A stretch of DNA of 64,000 nt from Roseibacillus sp. (GTDB lineage Bacteria > Verrucomicrobiota > Verrucomicrobiia > Verrucomicrobiales > Akkermansiaceae): NCBI GenBank assembly GCA_051251855.1, contig JBPOGI010000003.1, forward strand, positions 192,001 through 256,000, given 5' to 3'. A model generated the notes under the pieces. That model saw nothing but the letters and a program-made list of their open reading frames with translations. It ran no database searches and was not told where the DNA came from. Positions 37,790-46,877 of this stretch are shown here, one piece after another (within the stretch, counting starts at the first letter, position 1; each line of letters starts with the position of its first letter). A program made the translations under genes and the position numbers.

Positions 37790-38365
37790 ATGAAACGTCA
37801 TTGGTCCCTCTTTCTTCCTCTCACTGTTGGCTTACTTGTTGCCGTGGTGGTGGGCTGTTCATCTGGTGGTAAGAAGGATGAGAGAACTTCAATCTTCAAG
37901 AGTTCTCGTCAGAATTATGCGGTTGCTTTGCTGGCAAATCCGAATGTTGAGTTTGCGAATTATCATGTTTCCGGAAAGCGTGATAATGCGACGGCGCTCG
38001 ATAATTTGAAGCAGACTGCGGCGGGGGTCGCTGCTGCACGAAGTTCCTATGGTCGGGCTCCTGGTGGTTACACGCAATTGAGCCCCGATATGTTACGCGC
38101 GATGAAGGTGCTTGCGGATCAAGGGTATCGTTTTCATATCACCTCGATTGCAGGGAGTTCTCATAGCTCGCGTTCGCGGCACTACTTGGGAGTGGCCTTT
38201 GATGTGAACAAGATCAATGGCGTGCCTATTCGCCGTGGTTCGCCCTACTGGAGAGATTTCATCCGCAAGTGTGAGGCGATGGGAGCGACGGAGACTTTGG
38301 GACCTGGGGATCCAGCTCATAGTACGCATATTCACTTGGCATGGCCAAGACCTCCTGGGCAGTAG
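37790..38365 (+). CDS. Lipoprotein with M15/LAS-type zinc peptidase-like domain
   Basis: Lipobox VVGC; SRHYLGVAFD (Hx6D) and HIH motif. Confidence 0.65.
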   Translation: MKRHWSLFLPLTVGLLVAVVVGCSSGGKKDERTSIFKSSRQNYAVALLANPNVEFANYHVSGKRDNATALDNLKQTAAGVAAARSSYGRAPGGYTQLSPDMLRAMKVLADQGYRFHITSIAGSSHSSRSRHYLGVAFDVNKINGVPIRRGSPYWRDFIRKCEAMGATETLGPGDPAHSTHIHLAWPRPPGQ

Positions 38366-38562
38366 TGTTATTTTAACAAAGCTTCATCGTATTAAGGTAA
38401 CCTAGTTGTTACCGATGAGTTCGTCTTTTCTTGATGAAGATGTTCTTGGTGTTCTAGTCATCCGACTAGGCCTGAACTCACGGGATTAAGCTGCAAGACA
38501 GCTGGTTGCGGAGACATTACCGTTTAGCCTCAGGTCAGCGTCCGAAGCAGGTAGACGAACTT

Positions 38563-41500
38563 ATGAGAACATTTTTACGAGTCTTTACCTTGGCGGTATT
38601 GATGGGGACTTTTGGGCAGGGCGAAGAACAACCCAATATCCTTTGGATTGTGACCGACGACCATCGCGCGGATTCCATTCGAGCTTTTAACAAGGCAGAG
38701 CGGGGAAAGGGTTGGAGTGAGCTGGGCTATGTTTCGTCGCCGGTTGCGGATCAGTTGGCGAAGGAAGGGGTGCTTTTTACGCGGGCGTATTGCAATTCAC
38801 CGGGCTGCGCGCCTAGCCGGACCTCGATGATGTATGGGCAGTATCCCCATCGATCGGGTCAATATGGTTTCGAGCAATCGCATCGCTCGTTAGACATCTC
38901 GAAAAAGACGACATCCGAGTTGATGCAAGAGCTGGGTTATCGAACTGCTCAGTTTGGTAAGAACGGGATTGCGATCTTTGAACGGACGGAGTTGCCGTCG
39001 GGGAAGATTCGCATGGTGAAGAACAAGCTCTTCGAAACCGAGGTGGGGCAGAAGGAGCTCTACGCCAATGATCGCACGGATTGGTATAAGCAGCAGAAGT
39101 GGGGTGGTGGGAAAATGATGGGAACCGAGTTTTTCTGGAATATGCCTGAGGAGCCTGTTCGTCTTCTTTTCCCCCCTGAAGGTAAGTCGCCAGCTGAGTT
39201 GGTGGCCAAGCAGACCGAGGTCGATGAGAAGCTGGACCTGCTCTATTCCTATACGCGTGAGAATCCTTCGCTGGTGATTGGTGGAGTGAGTCCTCAACCT
39301 ACGTCGGGAACTCAAGACGGTCAGATCACGGCGGCGTTTCGACAGTTTCTTCAGAATCCTGGGAAGGAATACGAGACGCCGTGGAAGCGCAAGGTGCAAG
39401 GCCCGGCTACCGACCAGCCGCTCTTTGTGAACTTATCCTATCACTTTCCGCACACGCCGGTTCTGCCTTCGCGGGAGTTTCGGGAGAAGTTTGCTGATAA
39501 GGAGTATCGGGTGCCCGACTTCAGTAAAGAGGAGTTGAAGCGTCTTCCTCCCCAGCTTCAGACATGGTTTACGAAAACCAACTTTGCGGACATGAAGGCG
39601 GAGGATAAGCAGCAGGCCATTCGCGATTACTTCGCTTTTTGCGCGATGGGGGATTCTCTGATTGGGGAAGCGGTTGAGGAGTTTAAGAAGTTTAGTAAGA
39701 AGTCGGGGCGGGAGTACCTGATCCTCTATGTTGTGGGGGACCATGGCTGGCACTTGGGTGAACAAGGGGGAGAATCTAAATTTGGCCCCTATGATACTTC
39801 CAATCATTGTGCTGTGATTGCGGTGTCTTCGGATAAGGGAAAATGGCCTGCGGGGAAAGTGGCTCGTGACTGGGTGGAGTTTGTGGACTTTGCTCCTACC
39901 TTTCTAAAGACAGGGGGAGCGACCTTGTCCGATGACTCCTATCAGCATCTTGATGGGCTTCCACTCGACGGGGTTCTCAGCGGCGAGCATAAGAGGGACT
40001 ATGTGATTGGTGAGATGGTCCATGTCATTGGGCCACGCTGCTACCTGCGTTGTGATGACTTTGCCTTCTCGATGAGACATCGTGAGAAGAATGGAAAGCC
40101 GGGCGAAAAGTGGGGTCACCCTCCCGGGGAAGGGGTTGAGTGGGCTTTGGAGGCTCCCGTCGAAGCTGTCGAGTTAGCGCTTTTTGATTTACGTGTCGAC
40201 GTCAAGGAGCAACACAACCTGGCGAGTGAGCCCGAATATCAAAAGTTGGCTGAGTGGTTTCGTCAAAAGCTCGGACGTATAATTCTTGGTGACGGTCGCT
40301 TGGAGGCAGATTGGAGCCAAGAGAGCAGCTACCATGTCTCCAATTTTGCGAAGGGCGCGCATGATCGAAAGCTGGAGGTGCCTGCTGAGATAATTCCTGC
40401 TATTACGGAAGAGAAGGTCGCTCCCGTAGAAACGCCTGTGCCCTCTAAGAAGTCGACAAGTCGCTCTCTGGAACGACCTAACATCGTGCTCCTTTTTACA
40501 GATGATATCAGCGCGCGAGAGTTACCACTCTATGGTTCTTCGGTTTGGTCTTCGCCGCTAGGAAAGAATTCTAAGGACCCAGTTTTCCGAGCTCAGACTC
40601 CGGTCTTGGATCGTCTTGCCGAGGAAGGGTGTTGGGTAAAGACCGCTTGGGCGGCAACGGTTTGTTCGCCGAGTCGAGCGATGATGATGGCGGGGCGTTA
40701 CGCGCATTTGCACAAGTGGTGGCAGAATAAGGATATTGGCACTTGGACGGACGAAAAGGGAAAGACGGGCAAATGGCCGCTTTACGAAAGTTGCCCTCTT
40801 CAACTCGGTCATGTGGCCCAGCAGGCAGGCTATGGAACGTATTGGTCGGGCAAGACTCAGATGGTGGGTGATTTGCGGCGCTTTGGCTTCGATGAGGGGT
40901 GTTTCACGCCTGGGACGCTCATGGATCGGGACAACCCTTACACAGATTTTAAACATACTCAAAAGAAGGGGCCCGATGGACCAGTGGTCTATAATGTGGA
41001 TACGGGCGAAGTCGCTGACACCTATTGGCAGCATGGCTGGTATTTCTATCCCCACGTGCGTCTCATGCATCCCAAGGGGAGCAAGAAGGACTTAGAGTGG
41101 TGGCCGAATACGGATGAGAGTCGCAAGAATTTTGGTCTTCATACCTACGGTCCTGACGTCGAGCTTGACCATATTTTTGACTACATGGAACGACAGGCTG
41201 CGGAGGAAAAACCCTTCTTCGTCTACCACACTTCCCACTTGGGGCACGATGCCTTTGATTGGTTAAATCCTGAGTCGCTTTCCAAGTGGCCGGGGACTCC
41301 TGTCGTGAAGTGGACGGGTGAGGGTTACGAGCGCACGGAACCAAAAATCACGGGCGACGAGGGTGTTTACGATACCCATGGGACTGTAACCGAGTCGGGA
41401 ATCCATCATCACGTGAACTACCTCGATTACCAAGTATGGCTCTACCTTCAGAAATTTGAGGAACTGGGCATCGCGGATAACACGGTGTTCATCTTTTGCT

Positions 41501-41985
41501 CGGACAACGGGACTAGTGGCTATGGCAAGGCAAGCGGAGATCGGCAAAAGGGAACACACGTGCCCTTCATCGTTTCTGCGCCGGGACTTACTAAGCAAGG
41601 CGAGCAGGACGTCCTCGTCAATTTGTCGGACATGCTTCCCACATTGGTGGAGCTAACGGGTGCGACCCTTCCTGAAGACTACGAGATAAATGGCGAGAGT
41701 CTTGTTCCCTTTCTCTTTGGGGAAGAGAAGAAGCACCGTGACTGGATCTATGCCTACCGTAATGGCAACCAGCTCATTCGTGGTGAGCGGGTCCTAATGG
41801 ATGCCGCTGACAAGTGGTGGGATGTTTCCGAGGAGCCGGGCGATCTCATCTCGTTTCCTCAGATTAAGGATTGGCAATTAGTTTCCAAAGAACACCGTGC
41901 TGAGCGGGATCGCCTGAAGAAGATTCTTCCTCGGTTTGATAATTATGAGACCGAGCATGATGCTCCCCAGCAGGTTGAACAATAG
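38563..41985 (+). CDS. Tandem double-domain sulfatase
   Basis: PNILWIVTDD..CAPSR and second PNIVLLFTDD..CSPSR, joined by a Pro/Thr/Lys linker. Confidence 0.88.
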   Translation: MRTFLRVFTLAVLMGTFGQGEEQPNILWIVTDDHRADSIRAFNKAERGKGWSELGYVSSPVADQLAKEGVLFTRAYCNSPGCAPSRTSMMYGQYPHRSGQYGFEQSHRSLDISKKTTSELMQELGYRTAQFGKNGIAIFERTELPSGKIRMVKNKLFETEVGQKELYANDRTDWYKQQKWGGGKMMGTEFFWNMPEEPVRLLFPPEGKSPAELVAKQTEVDEKLDLLYSYTRENPSLVIGGVSPQPTSGTQDGQITAAFRQFLQNPGKEYETPWKRKVQGPATDQPLFVNLSYHFPHTPVLPSREFREKFADKEYRVPDFSKEELKRLPPQLQTWFTKTNFADMKAEDKQQAIRDYFAFCAMGDSLIGEAVEEFKKFSKKSGREYLILYVVGDHGWHLGEQGGESKFGPYDTSNHCAVIAVSSDKGKWPAGKVARDWVEFVDFAPTFLKTGGATLSDDSYQHLDGLPLDGVLSGEHKRDYVIGEMVHVIGPRCYLRCDDFAFSMRHREKNGKPGEKWGHPPGEGVEWALEAPVEAVELALFDLRVDVKEQHNLASEPEYQKLAEWFRQKLGRIILGDGRLEADWSQESSYHVSNFAKGAHDRKLEVPAEIIPAITEEKVAPVETPVPSKKSTSRSLERPNIVLLFTDDISARELPLYGSSVWSSPLGKNSKDPVFRAQTPVLDRLAEEGCWVKTAWAATVCSPSRAMMMAGRYAHLHKWWQNKDIGTWTDEKGKTGKWPLYESCPLQLGHVAQQAGYGTYWSGKTQMVGDLRRFGFDEGCFTPGTLMDRDNPYTDFKHTQKKGPDGPVVYNVDTGEVADTYWQHGWYFYPHVRLMHPKGSKKDLEWWPNTDESRKNFGLHTYGPDVELDHIFDYMERQAAEEKPFFVYHTSHLGHDAFDWLNPESLSKWPGTPVVKWTGEGYERTEPKITGDEGVYDTHGTVTESGIHHHVNYLDYQVWLYLQKFEELGIADNTVFIFCSDNGTSGYGKASGDRQKGTHVPFIVSAPGLTKQGEQDVLVNLSDMLPTLVELTGATLPEDYEINGESLVPFLFGEEKKHRDWIYAYRNGNQLIRGERVLMDAADKWWDVSEEPGDLISFPQIKDWQLVSKEHRAERDRLKKILPRFDNYETEHDAPQQVEQ

Positions 41986-41996
41986 CGCCTAACTCT

Positions 41997-42959
41997 TCAC
42001 TGCGAAAATGACTCGGTGCCATCTGGTTCGATAAGCGTCGGGGTGATGAGGATGATGAGTTCGCGGGAAAATCTTTCGGTAGAGCTCTTCTTGAAGAGTC
42101 CGAAGAAGTAGGCGTCTTCAATTTTTGTGGTCTTTGAATCAAGAACACCTCCTATCACAATTGTTTCTCCGTTTTTCAGTCGGTCCGAGGTCTCTATGTC
42201 TCGGCGAGTAAAAACGGGAAGAGAGAAGTCTGGGTTCACTTCAGAGAAGCCTTCGAACTCGGTGATTCGAGTGAAGGACTTGAGTAAGATGTTTTCGCCA
42301 CCAAGATGATGAGCTTCGAAATAGGAGGTGAAACCAGTGTTTTCGGTTTCGATTTCGGCTCCGTCTTCGGGACCGGATGGATAAAGAAACTCTCGAATGT
42401 TTTCCACAAGGGCCGTTTCCCCGTCGCTGACAATCATGCTTGGAAAAGAGACGACGTCAGTGCCTGCCTGTTGGGACTTCCTTCGAATCAGTTCCTGCAA
42501 TTGTTGGTCGTTGCAGACTCCTTTATACTTTTTGGGAGGGATGTCAGCCGAGCCGGCAATACGAGTGATTTCCATCACCTTGGTCTCGATGCGAATCTGT
42601 TGATTGCTCTTCGGGGGATTCGATTGCTGAGTCCAATCGGGATACGGTTTCGCTGGGGTTGGTTTTGTTGCGATGGTTTTCCCCGAAGGAAGTTGCGTCA
42701 CAGCGGGAATGTCTGAAGGATATCTCTTCGCGGTAGCTTTCTCTGAGCTAAGTTTTTCCGAAGCAGGATTCTTTGATTCTTGTTCCTCCGAAATAGACTT
42801 TTTTGTGCTGGGTTTTTCCAAGATGAACTCCGCCAAGGGAGCATGAGTCGTCGTGAGTTTCTCTTCGGGTTCTTGTCTCTGGCAGCCGAATGAGACCACG
42901 CCAAAAATTCCCAAACAGAGAACAGCTAAGGCTAGGAGTTTGGCGAGGGAAGGTTGCAT
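41997..42959 (-). CDS. Short secretin-domain lipoprotein (type II/III secretion system protein-like)
   Basis: Lipobox SFGC; PVFTRRDIET..LKNGETIVIGG..RELIILITPTLI. Confidence 0.7.
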   Translation of the reverse strand: MQPSLAKLLALAVLCLGIFGVVSFGCQRQEPEEKLTTTHAPLAEFILEKPSTKKSISEEQESKNPASEKLSSEKATAKRYPSDIPAVTQLPSGKTIATKPTPAKPYPDWTQQSNPPKSNQQIRIETKVMEITRIAGSADIPPKKYKGVCNDQQLQELIRRKSQQAGTDVVSFPSMIVSDGETALVENIREFLYPSGPEDGAEIETENTGFTSYFEAHHLGGENILLKSFTRITEFEGFSEVNPDFSLPVFTRRDIETSDRLKNGETIVIGGVLDSKTTKIEDAYFFGLFKKSSTERFSRELIILITPTLIEPDGTESFSQ

Positions 42960-43038
42960 GTGGTGGTTTGGAAGGATCCGAAACCTCGGGACCTTGTCAG
43001 AAGGTGGAAATCGGTCCAGCAGGAAAGATGGGAACCCA

Positions 43039-43791
43039 TCAACTGATCATCATCAAGCGGACTGGATCCCCAGGCTTGGTATCCGGTGCGCGATGAATAC
43101 AGGGCGGCACGAGACTCCCGGGCCAATCGACTGCAATTCGCCACAGATTTCCCATTCCAAATGTGTAAGGCTGAGCCTCAGGCAGGGGGGCGTAGTGAAG
43201 GTCGAAGCAATAGTCCTGTAGGAACTCACGGAAACCCTCGTCATCCGGTCCCTCATAGAGCGTGAGGAGTTCTGCGCGCGTGGCAGGAATATCGACGCGA
43301 CGAATCGCTTCCTTATTGAGCAGACCTTCGCTTGGCGCTCCATGATAGGTGCAGAGCCAAGTATCCGCCTCCACCGGCGCACTATCGGCATGGAAGGAGA
43401 GGACATCGGTCGCTACCGGTCCCGGATCTTCGTCGCGCGGGTATCCGTCGATGAGGTTGAGGACTGGCTCGCGCTCTAACAATTGCAGTTGGTGTAGGTC
43501 TTCCAACATCATTTCAACCGCTATGCGACCCTCTTTGCTTAAGGAAAGTCCTTTGAGTTGTGATTCATTGAGGGGAGTGATTCCTTCTTGAGCATTGAGA
43601 TGTGAAACGACTTCCTCAAAATCTCCACGCAACGGACGCTGCCAATAAAAAGCATTGATGCCATTCTCGAAAACGCCCTCGGCAAGCTCTTCGAAGCTCC
43701 CGACTTCCTGAATGGAGAGGTGATTGAGCGGTAGGGTCAGGGCGGTCACAGACTCGAGTGTATGAGAGAGTCTCCCGATGAAAACGAGCAA
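43039..43791 (-). CDS. DUF1826-like hypothetical protein
   Basis: SFHADS, LCTYHGAPSE, PCIHRAP (HxD...H pattern). Confidence 0.6.
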   Translation of the reverse strand: MLVFIGRLSHTLESVTALTLPLNHLSIQEVGSFEELAEGVFENGINAFYWQRPLRGDFEEVVSHLNAQEGITPLNESQLKGLSLSKEGRIAVEMMLEDLHQLQLLEREPVLNLIDGYPRDEDPGPVATDVLSFHADSAPVEADTWLCTYHGAPSEGLLNKEAIRRVDIPATRAELLTLYEGPDDEGFREFLQDYCFDLHYAPLPEAQPYTFGMGNLWRIAVDWPGSLVPPCIHRAPDTKPGDPVRLMMIS

Positions 43792-43874
43792 ATGTGCCTG
43801 CCTAGAAAACGGGCCCTTCTTTGTATCGAGAAGGCGGTTTGACTCTCTCTCGTAGAACCAGTAGATCGGAGGGG

Positions 43875-44570
43875 ATGAGAAACCTGCTTTTTATCCTCCT
43901 CAGTTTTCTGACTCTTTCTTTTGGCCTCCTTTGCGCGCAGCCCAGTAATGAAGCCCTCGAACCCAAAGTCGAAGGTGCCGACGTCATCACTCTTATCGAA
44001 GGAGGGACCTTCGAAGGTTGGCGTGTTCCTTCTGATCGCTGGTCGATTACTGGCGGTGTCATCACCGGTGACACTCAGGGAGAGAAACTGAAAGAGCCCG
44101 AATGGATTTTTACCCAGCAGAGTTTCGGGGACTTCATTCTCACGGTTGAAGTTCGCTTGAGTGGAGGTCCTCGTGGAAATTCGGGTCTCTACTTTCGTGC
44201 CCAACCTATAACTTTTCAGAGAGGGAAACATGGCCCCTTCGAAGCACCCTCGGGATATGAGTTCGACATCGCGAAAGACCACAATAACGGCACCTTGGGG
44301 GATTGGTATGCCCGTCCCTCTCTTCGCATTAAGCCTGATTCAAACCTGATGAAGGATATCTACCGGGCGGAGGACTGGAATCGTCTTACGATCCGAGCGC
44401 GAGGGCCTCGCTTTGAATATTGGCTCAATGGTCGCAAAATCATGGACTTCACCGACCCAGATCCAAAGGGCTCACGAGAAGGGCTCATTGCTCTTCAAAT
44501 TCATGACCGTCTCGCGATGAAAATCGAACTCCGTAACGCCACTCTCCTTGCTCTTACGAAAAGTGAGTAG
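43875..44570 (+). CDS. DUF1080 / 3-keto-disaccharide hydrolase family protein
   Basis: FGDFILTVE, GNSGLYFR, WNRLTIRARG, GLIALQIH. Confidence 0.85.
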   Translation: MRNLLFILLSFLTLSFGLLCAQPSNEALEPKVEGADVITLIEGGTFEGWRVPSDRWSITGGVITGDTQGEKLKEPEWIFTQQSFGDFILTVEVRLSGGPRGNSGLYFRAQPITFQRGKHGPFEAPSGYEFDIAKDHNNGTLGDWYARPSLRIKPDSNLMKDIYRAEDWNRLTIRARGPRFEYWLNGRKIMDFTDPDPKGSREGLIALQIHDRLAMKIELRNATLLALTKSE

Positions 44571-44607
44571 CGCCAGTGCTCGCATACGACCCACCTTCAA
44601 GTCTTCA

Positions 44608-46089
44608 ATGAAAACCATGAAAATCCAATCTGCCCTTCGCCTCTGTGCCTTCGCTCTTCTTTCTAACTGGGCGGGAGCCGAGCAGCCCAACGTCGTTCTC
44701 GTGATGGCGGATGATATTGGATTGGGGGACCTCAGTTTCTACCAAAAGGAGCGTAACCCTGACCAAAAAAGCACCGTCGACACTCCCAACATTGATGGTC
44801 TCATTGCAGAGGGAATGCGCTTCTCGGATGCTCACTCTCCCGCCTCTCTTTGCGCGCCCACTCGCTTTGCAATGATGACGGGAAACTATCCTTATCGAAA
44901 TCACAGCCCCTTCGGTGTGTGGACACCTCACTCGGATTCAGGAATCGAACCTAATTTCACCACCATTGCCCGTATTGCGAAAGCAGGTGGCTATCAAACC
45001 GCCTTCTTAGGAAAGTGGGGTTTGGGTGATTCCACCAAGTCGCGCAAAAAGGGTTTCGAAAAGCTTGCGAAAGGGGCGCTCCATTTCGGCTTTGATTACG
45101 CCCTTGAGCTTCCGCAAGGCATTCAGGGCTATCCCTTCGCGTTCTATGAGAATCAGGAATGGATGAAGTTGGGCGACGATTCAGAGTTTGCCGATGTTGG
45201 CCCCAAGCAGAATGGATATCATGATTCCAAGAAGCACAATGACCTCGTGGGCATCGGAGACTCCAATTGGGATCCGACTCAAGCGGGTCCTATCTTAGCG
45301 AACAAGGCGGTTGACTATATTGAAGGTCACGCGGATAAGCCCTTCTTTCTCTACTATTGCAGTCAGGCGGTTCATATCCCGCATACTCCGGTATCCGAGT
45401 TGGATGGCGTTAAGATCGTGGGTGCTACTCCTGGGCGGCACGGCGACATGATCAAGGAGTTGGATGTTCAGGTAGGAATGATGGTGAAGGCTCTCAAGAA
45501 AGCGGGCGTCTACCAAAATACGCTCTTTGTGTTCACCTCGGACAATGGTGGGCTTTCGTGGGACAAAGAGATGAAGGCGGCCGGTCATGACACCAGCAAC
45601 GGGCTCAACGGAAGCAAGGGATCGATTCTCGAAGGAGGGCATCGCGTGCCCTTCGTCGCAGTATGGCCGGGCAAGATTGCAGCCGGTTCGCAATCAGACG
45701 CTCAAATCGTCGGGCAAGACATGGTGGCTACTGTAGCTGCTCTTGGGGGGCAGGAATTGGACCGCTCGAAAGTGTTGGATTCCCTGAACCTCTTGCCGTT
45801 GTTCAAAGGAGAAGAGGGCAAGGAAGGCCGCGAGGTCATGGTGCACCAAGCCAAGGGTAAAGGTGGCGTCTATGCTCTAAGGAAAGGGCCTTGGAAGCTC
45901 ATCATGGAAGGAAAGAATTCGCAAAATCTCAAGGGCATCAAGGCTACCGCGCTCTTCAATCTCGATGATAATTTGGCAGAAGACTATTCCAAGAGCCTTT
46001 TCTCCGATCCTGCTCAGAAAGACCGGTTGAAGGAGATGATGGCCGAGTTCCTCGCCTTGAGGTCCGGTGGGGAGCCGACGGTGAAGTAG
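44608..46089 (+). CDS. Arylsulfatase family protein
   Basis: PNVVLVMADDIG, CAPTR, GKWGLG, SDNG, EGGHRVPF. Confidence 0.92.
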   Translation: MKTMKIQSALRLCAFALLSNWAGAEQPNVVLVMADDIGLGDLSFYQKERNPDQKSTVDTPNIDGLIAEGMRFSDAHSPASLCAPTRFAMMTGNYPYRNHSPFGVWTPHSDSGIEPNFTTIARIAKAGGYQTAFLGKWGLGDSTKSRKKGFEKLAKGALHFGFDYALELPQGIQGYPFAFYENQEWMKLGDDSEFADVGPKQNGYHDSKKHNDLVGIGDSNWDPTQAGPILANKAVDYIEGHADKPFFLYYCSQAVHIPHTPVSELDGVKIVGATPGRHGDMIKELDVQVGMMVKALKKAGVYQNTLFVFTSDNGGLSWDKEMKAAGHDTSNGLNGSKGSILEGGHRVPFVAVWPGKIAAGSQSDAQIVGQDMVATVAALGGQELDRSKVLDSLNLLPLFKGEEGKEGREVMVHQAKGKGGVYALRKGPWKLIMEGKNSQNLKGIKATALFNLDDNLAEDYSKSLFSDPAQKDRLKEMMAEFLALRSGGEPTVK

Positions 46090-46136
46090 CAGAATCGCGT
46101 AACAACTGTCGGCTTTTCCTGAAGCATCTGGTAGCT

Positions 46137-46847
46137 ATGTTACTTGGAGTGGGAAAAATCGAAAAACAGCCTTTGTTTTTGACGACTCGTTGGTCTTTGG
46201 TCGCGAATGCAGCCAAGGAAGCCGACGAGTCTTTGGAGGCGCTTTGTGGTCAATACTGGCAGCCTGTTTACGTGGTGGCGAGGCGAGCCGGAAATGATAT
46301 TGAGGCCTCGAAGGATTTGACTCAGGGTTTTTTTGCGAAGCTGTTGGAGAAGGGGTGGTTGGAGGCGGCGGATGAAGAAAAAGGGCGGTTTCGTACTTTC
46401 TTGATGACCGCCTTGAAGCGTTACCTCATCAACGAGTGGCACAGCGAAAGGGCGGCCAAACGAGGAGGTTTCGCTGAGGTGGTTTCTTTGGATGTGGAGT
46501 TGGCTGAACGGGTGGACGGTGGAATACGGAGTCGGTCGCTATCTCCTGATGAGCTCTTTGATCGGAGATGGGCCTTGGCGCTTCTGGATACGGCATTGGC
46601 TCGTTTGGAGGTGGAAACAGGGAAGGACTTTTTGGTTTTGAAAGACTGCCTCACTGCCAGTCGAGGTGAGATCGATTATTTGGAATTGGCGGCGACTTTG
46701 AAGCTGAGTGAAGGCGCCGCGAGGGTGGCGGTTCATCGCCTGCGGAAGCGATATCGAGCGGTGATTCGTGAGGAAGTGGCTCATACCGTGGCCAGTGAGG
46801 AAGAGGTGGAGGGAGAAATGAGAAATCTTTTTGAAGCCCTCATGTAA
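46137..46847 (+). CDS. ECF-type sigma-70 factor (kinase-associated type)
   Basis: FLTTRWSLV, YWQPVY, DLTQGFF, KGRFRTFL, RVAVHRLRKRY. Confidence 0.85.
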   Translation: MLLGVGKIEKQPLFLTTRWSLVANAAKEADESLEALCGQYWQPVYVVARRAGNDIEASKDLTQGFFAKLLEKGWLEAADEEKGRFRTFLMTALKRYLINEWHSERAAKRGGFAEVVSLDVELAERVDGGIRSRSLSPDELFDRRWALALLDTALARLEVETGKDFLVLKDCLTASRGEIDYLELAATLKLSEGAARVAVHRLRKRYRAVIREEVAHTVASEEEVEGEMRNLFEALM

Positions 46848-46877
46848 CAAAAGAGAAATGAATCTGAATTAGAGGGT

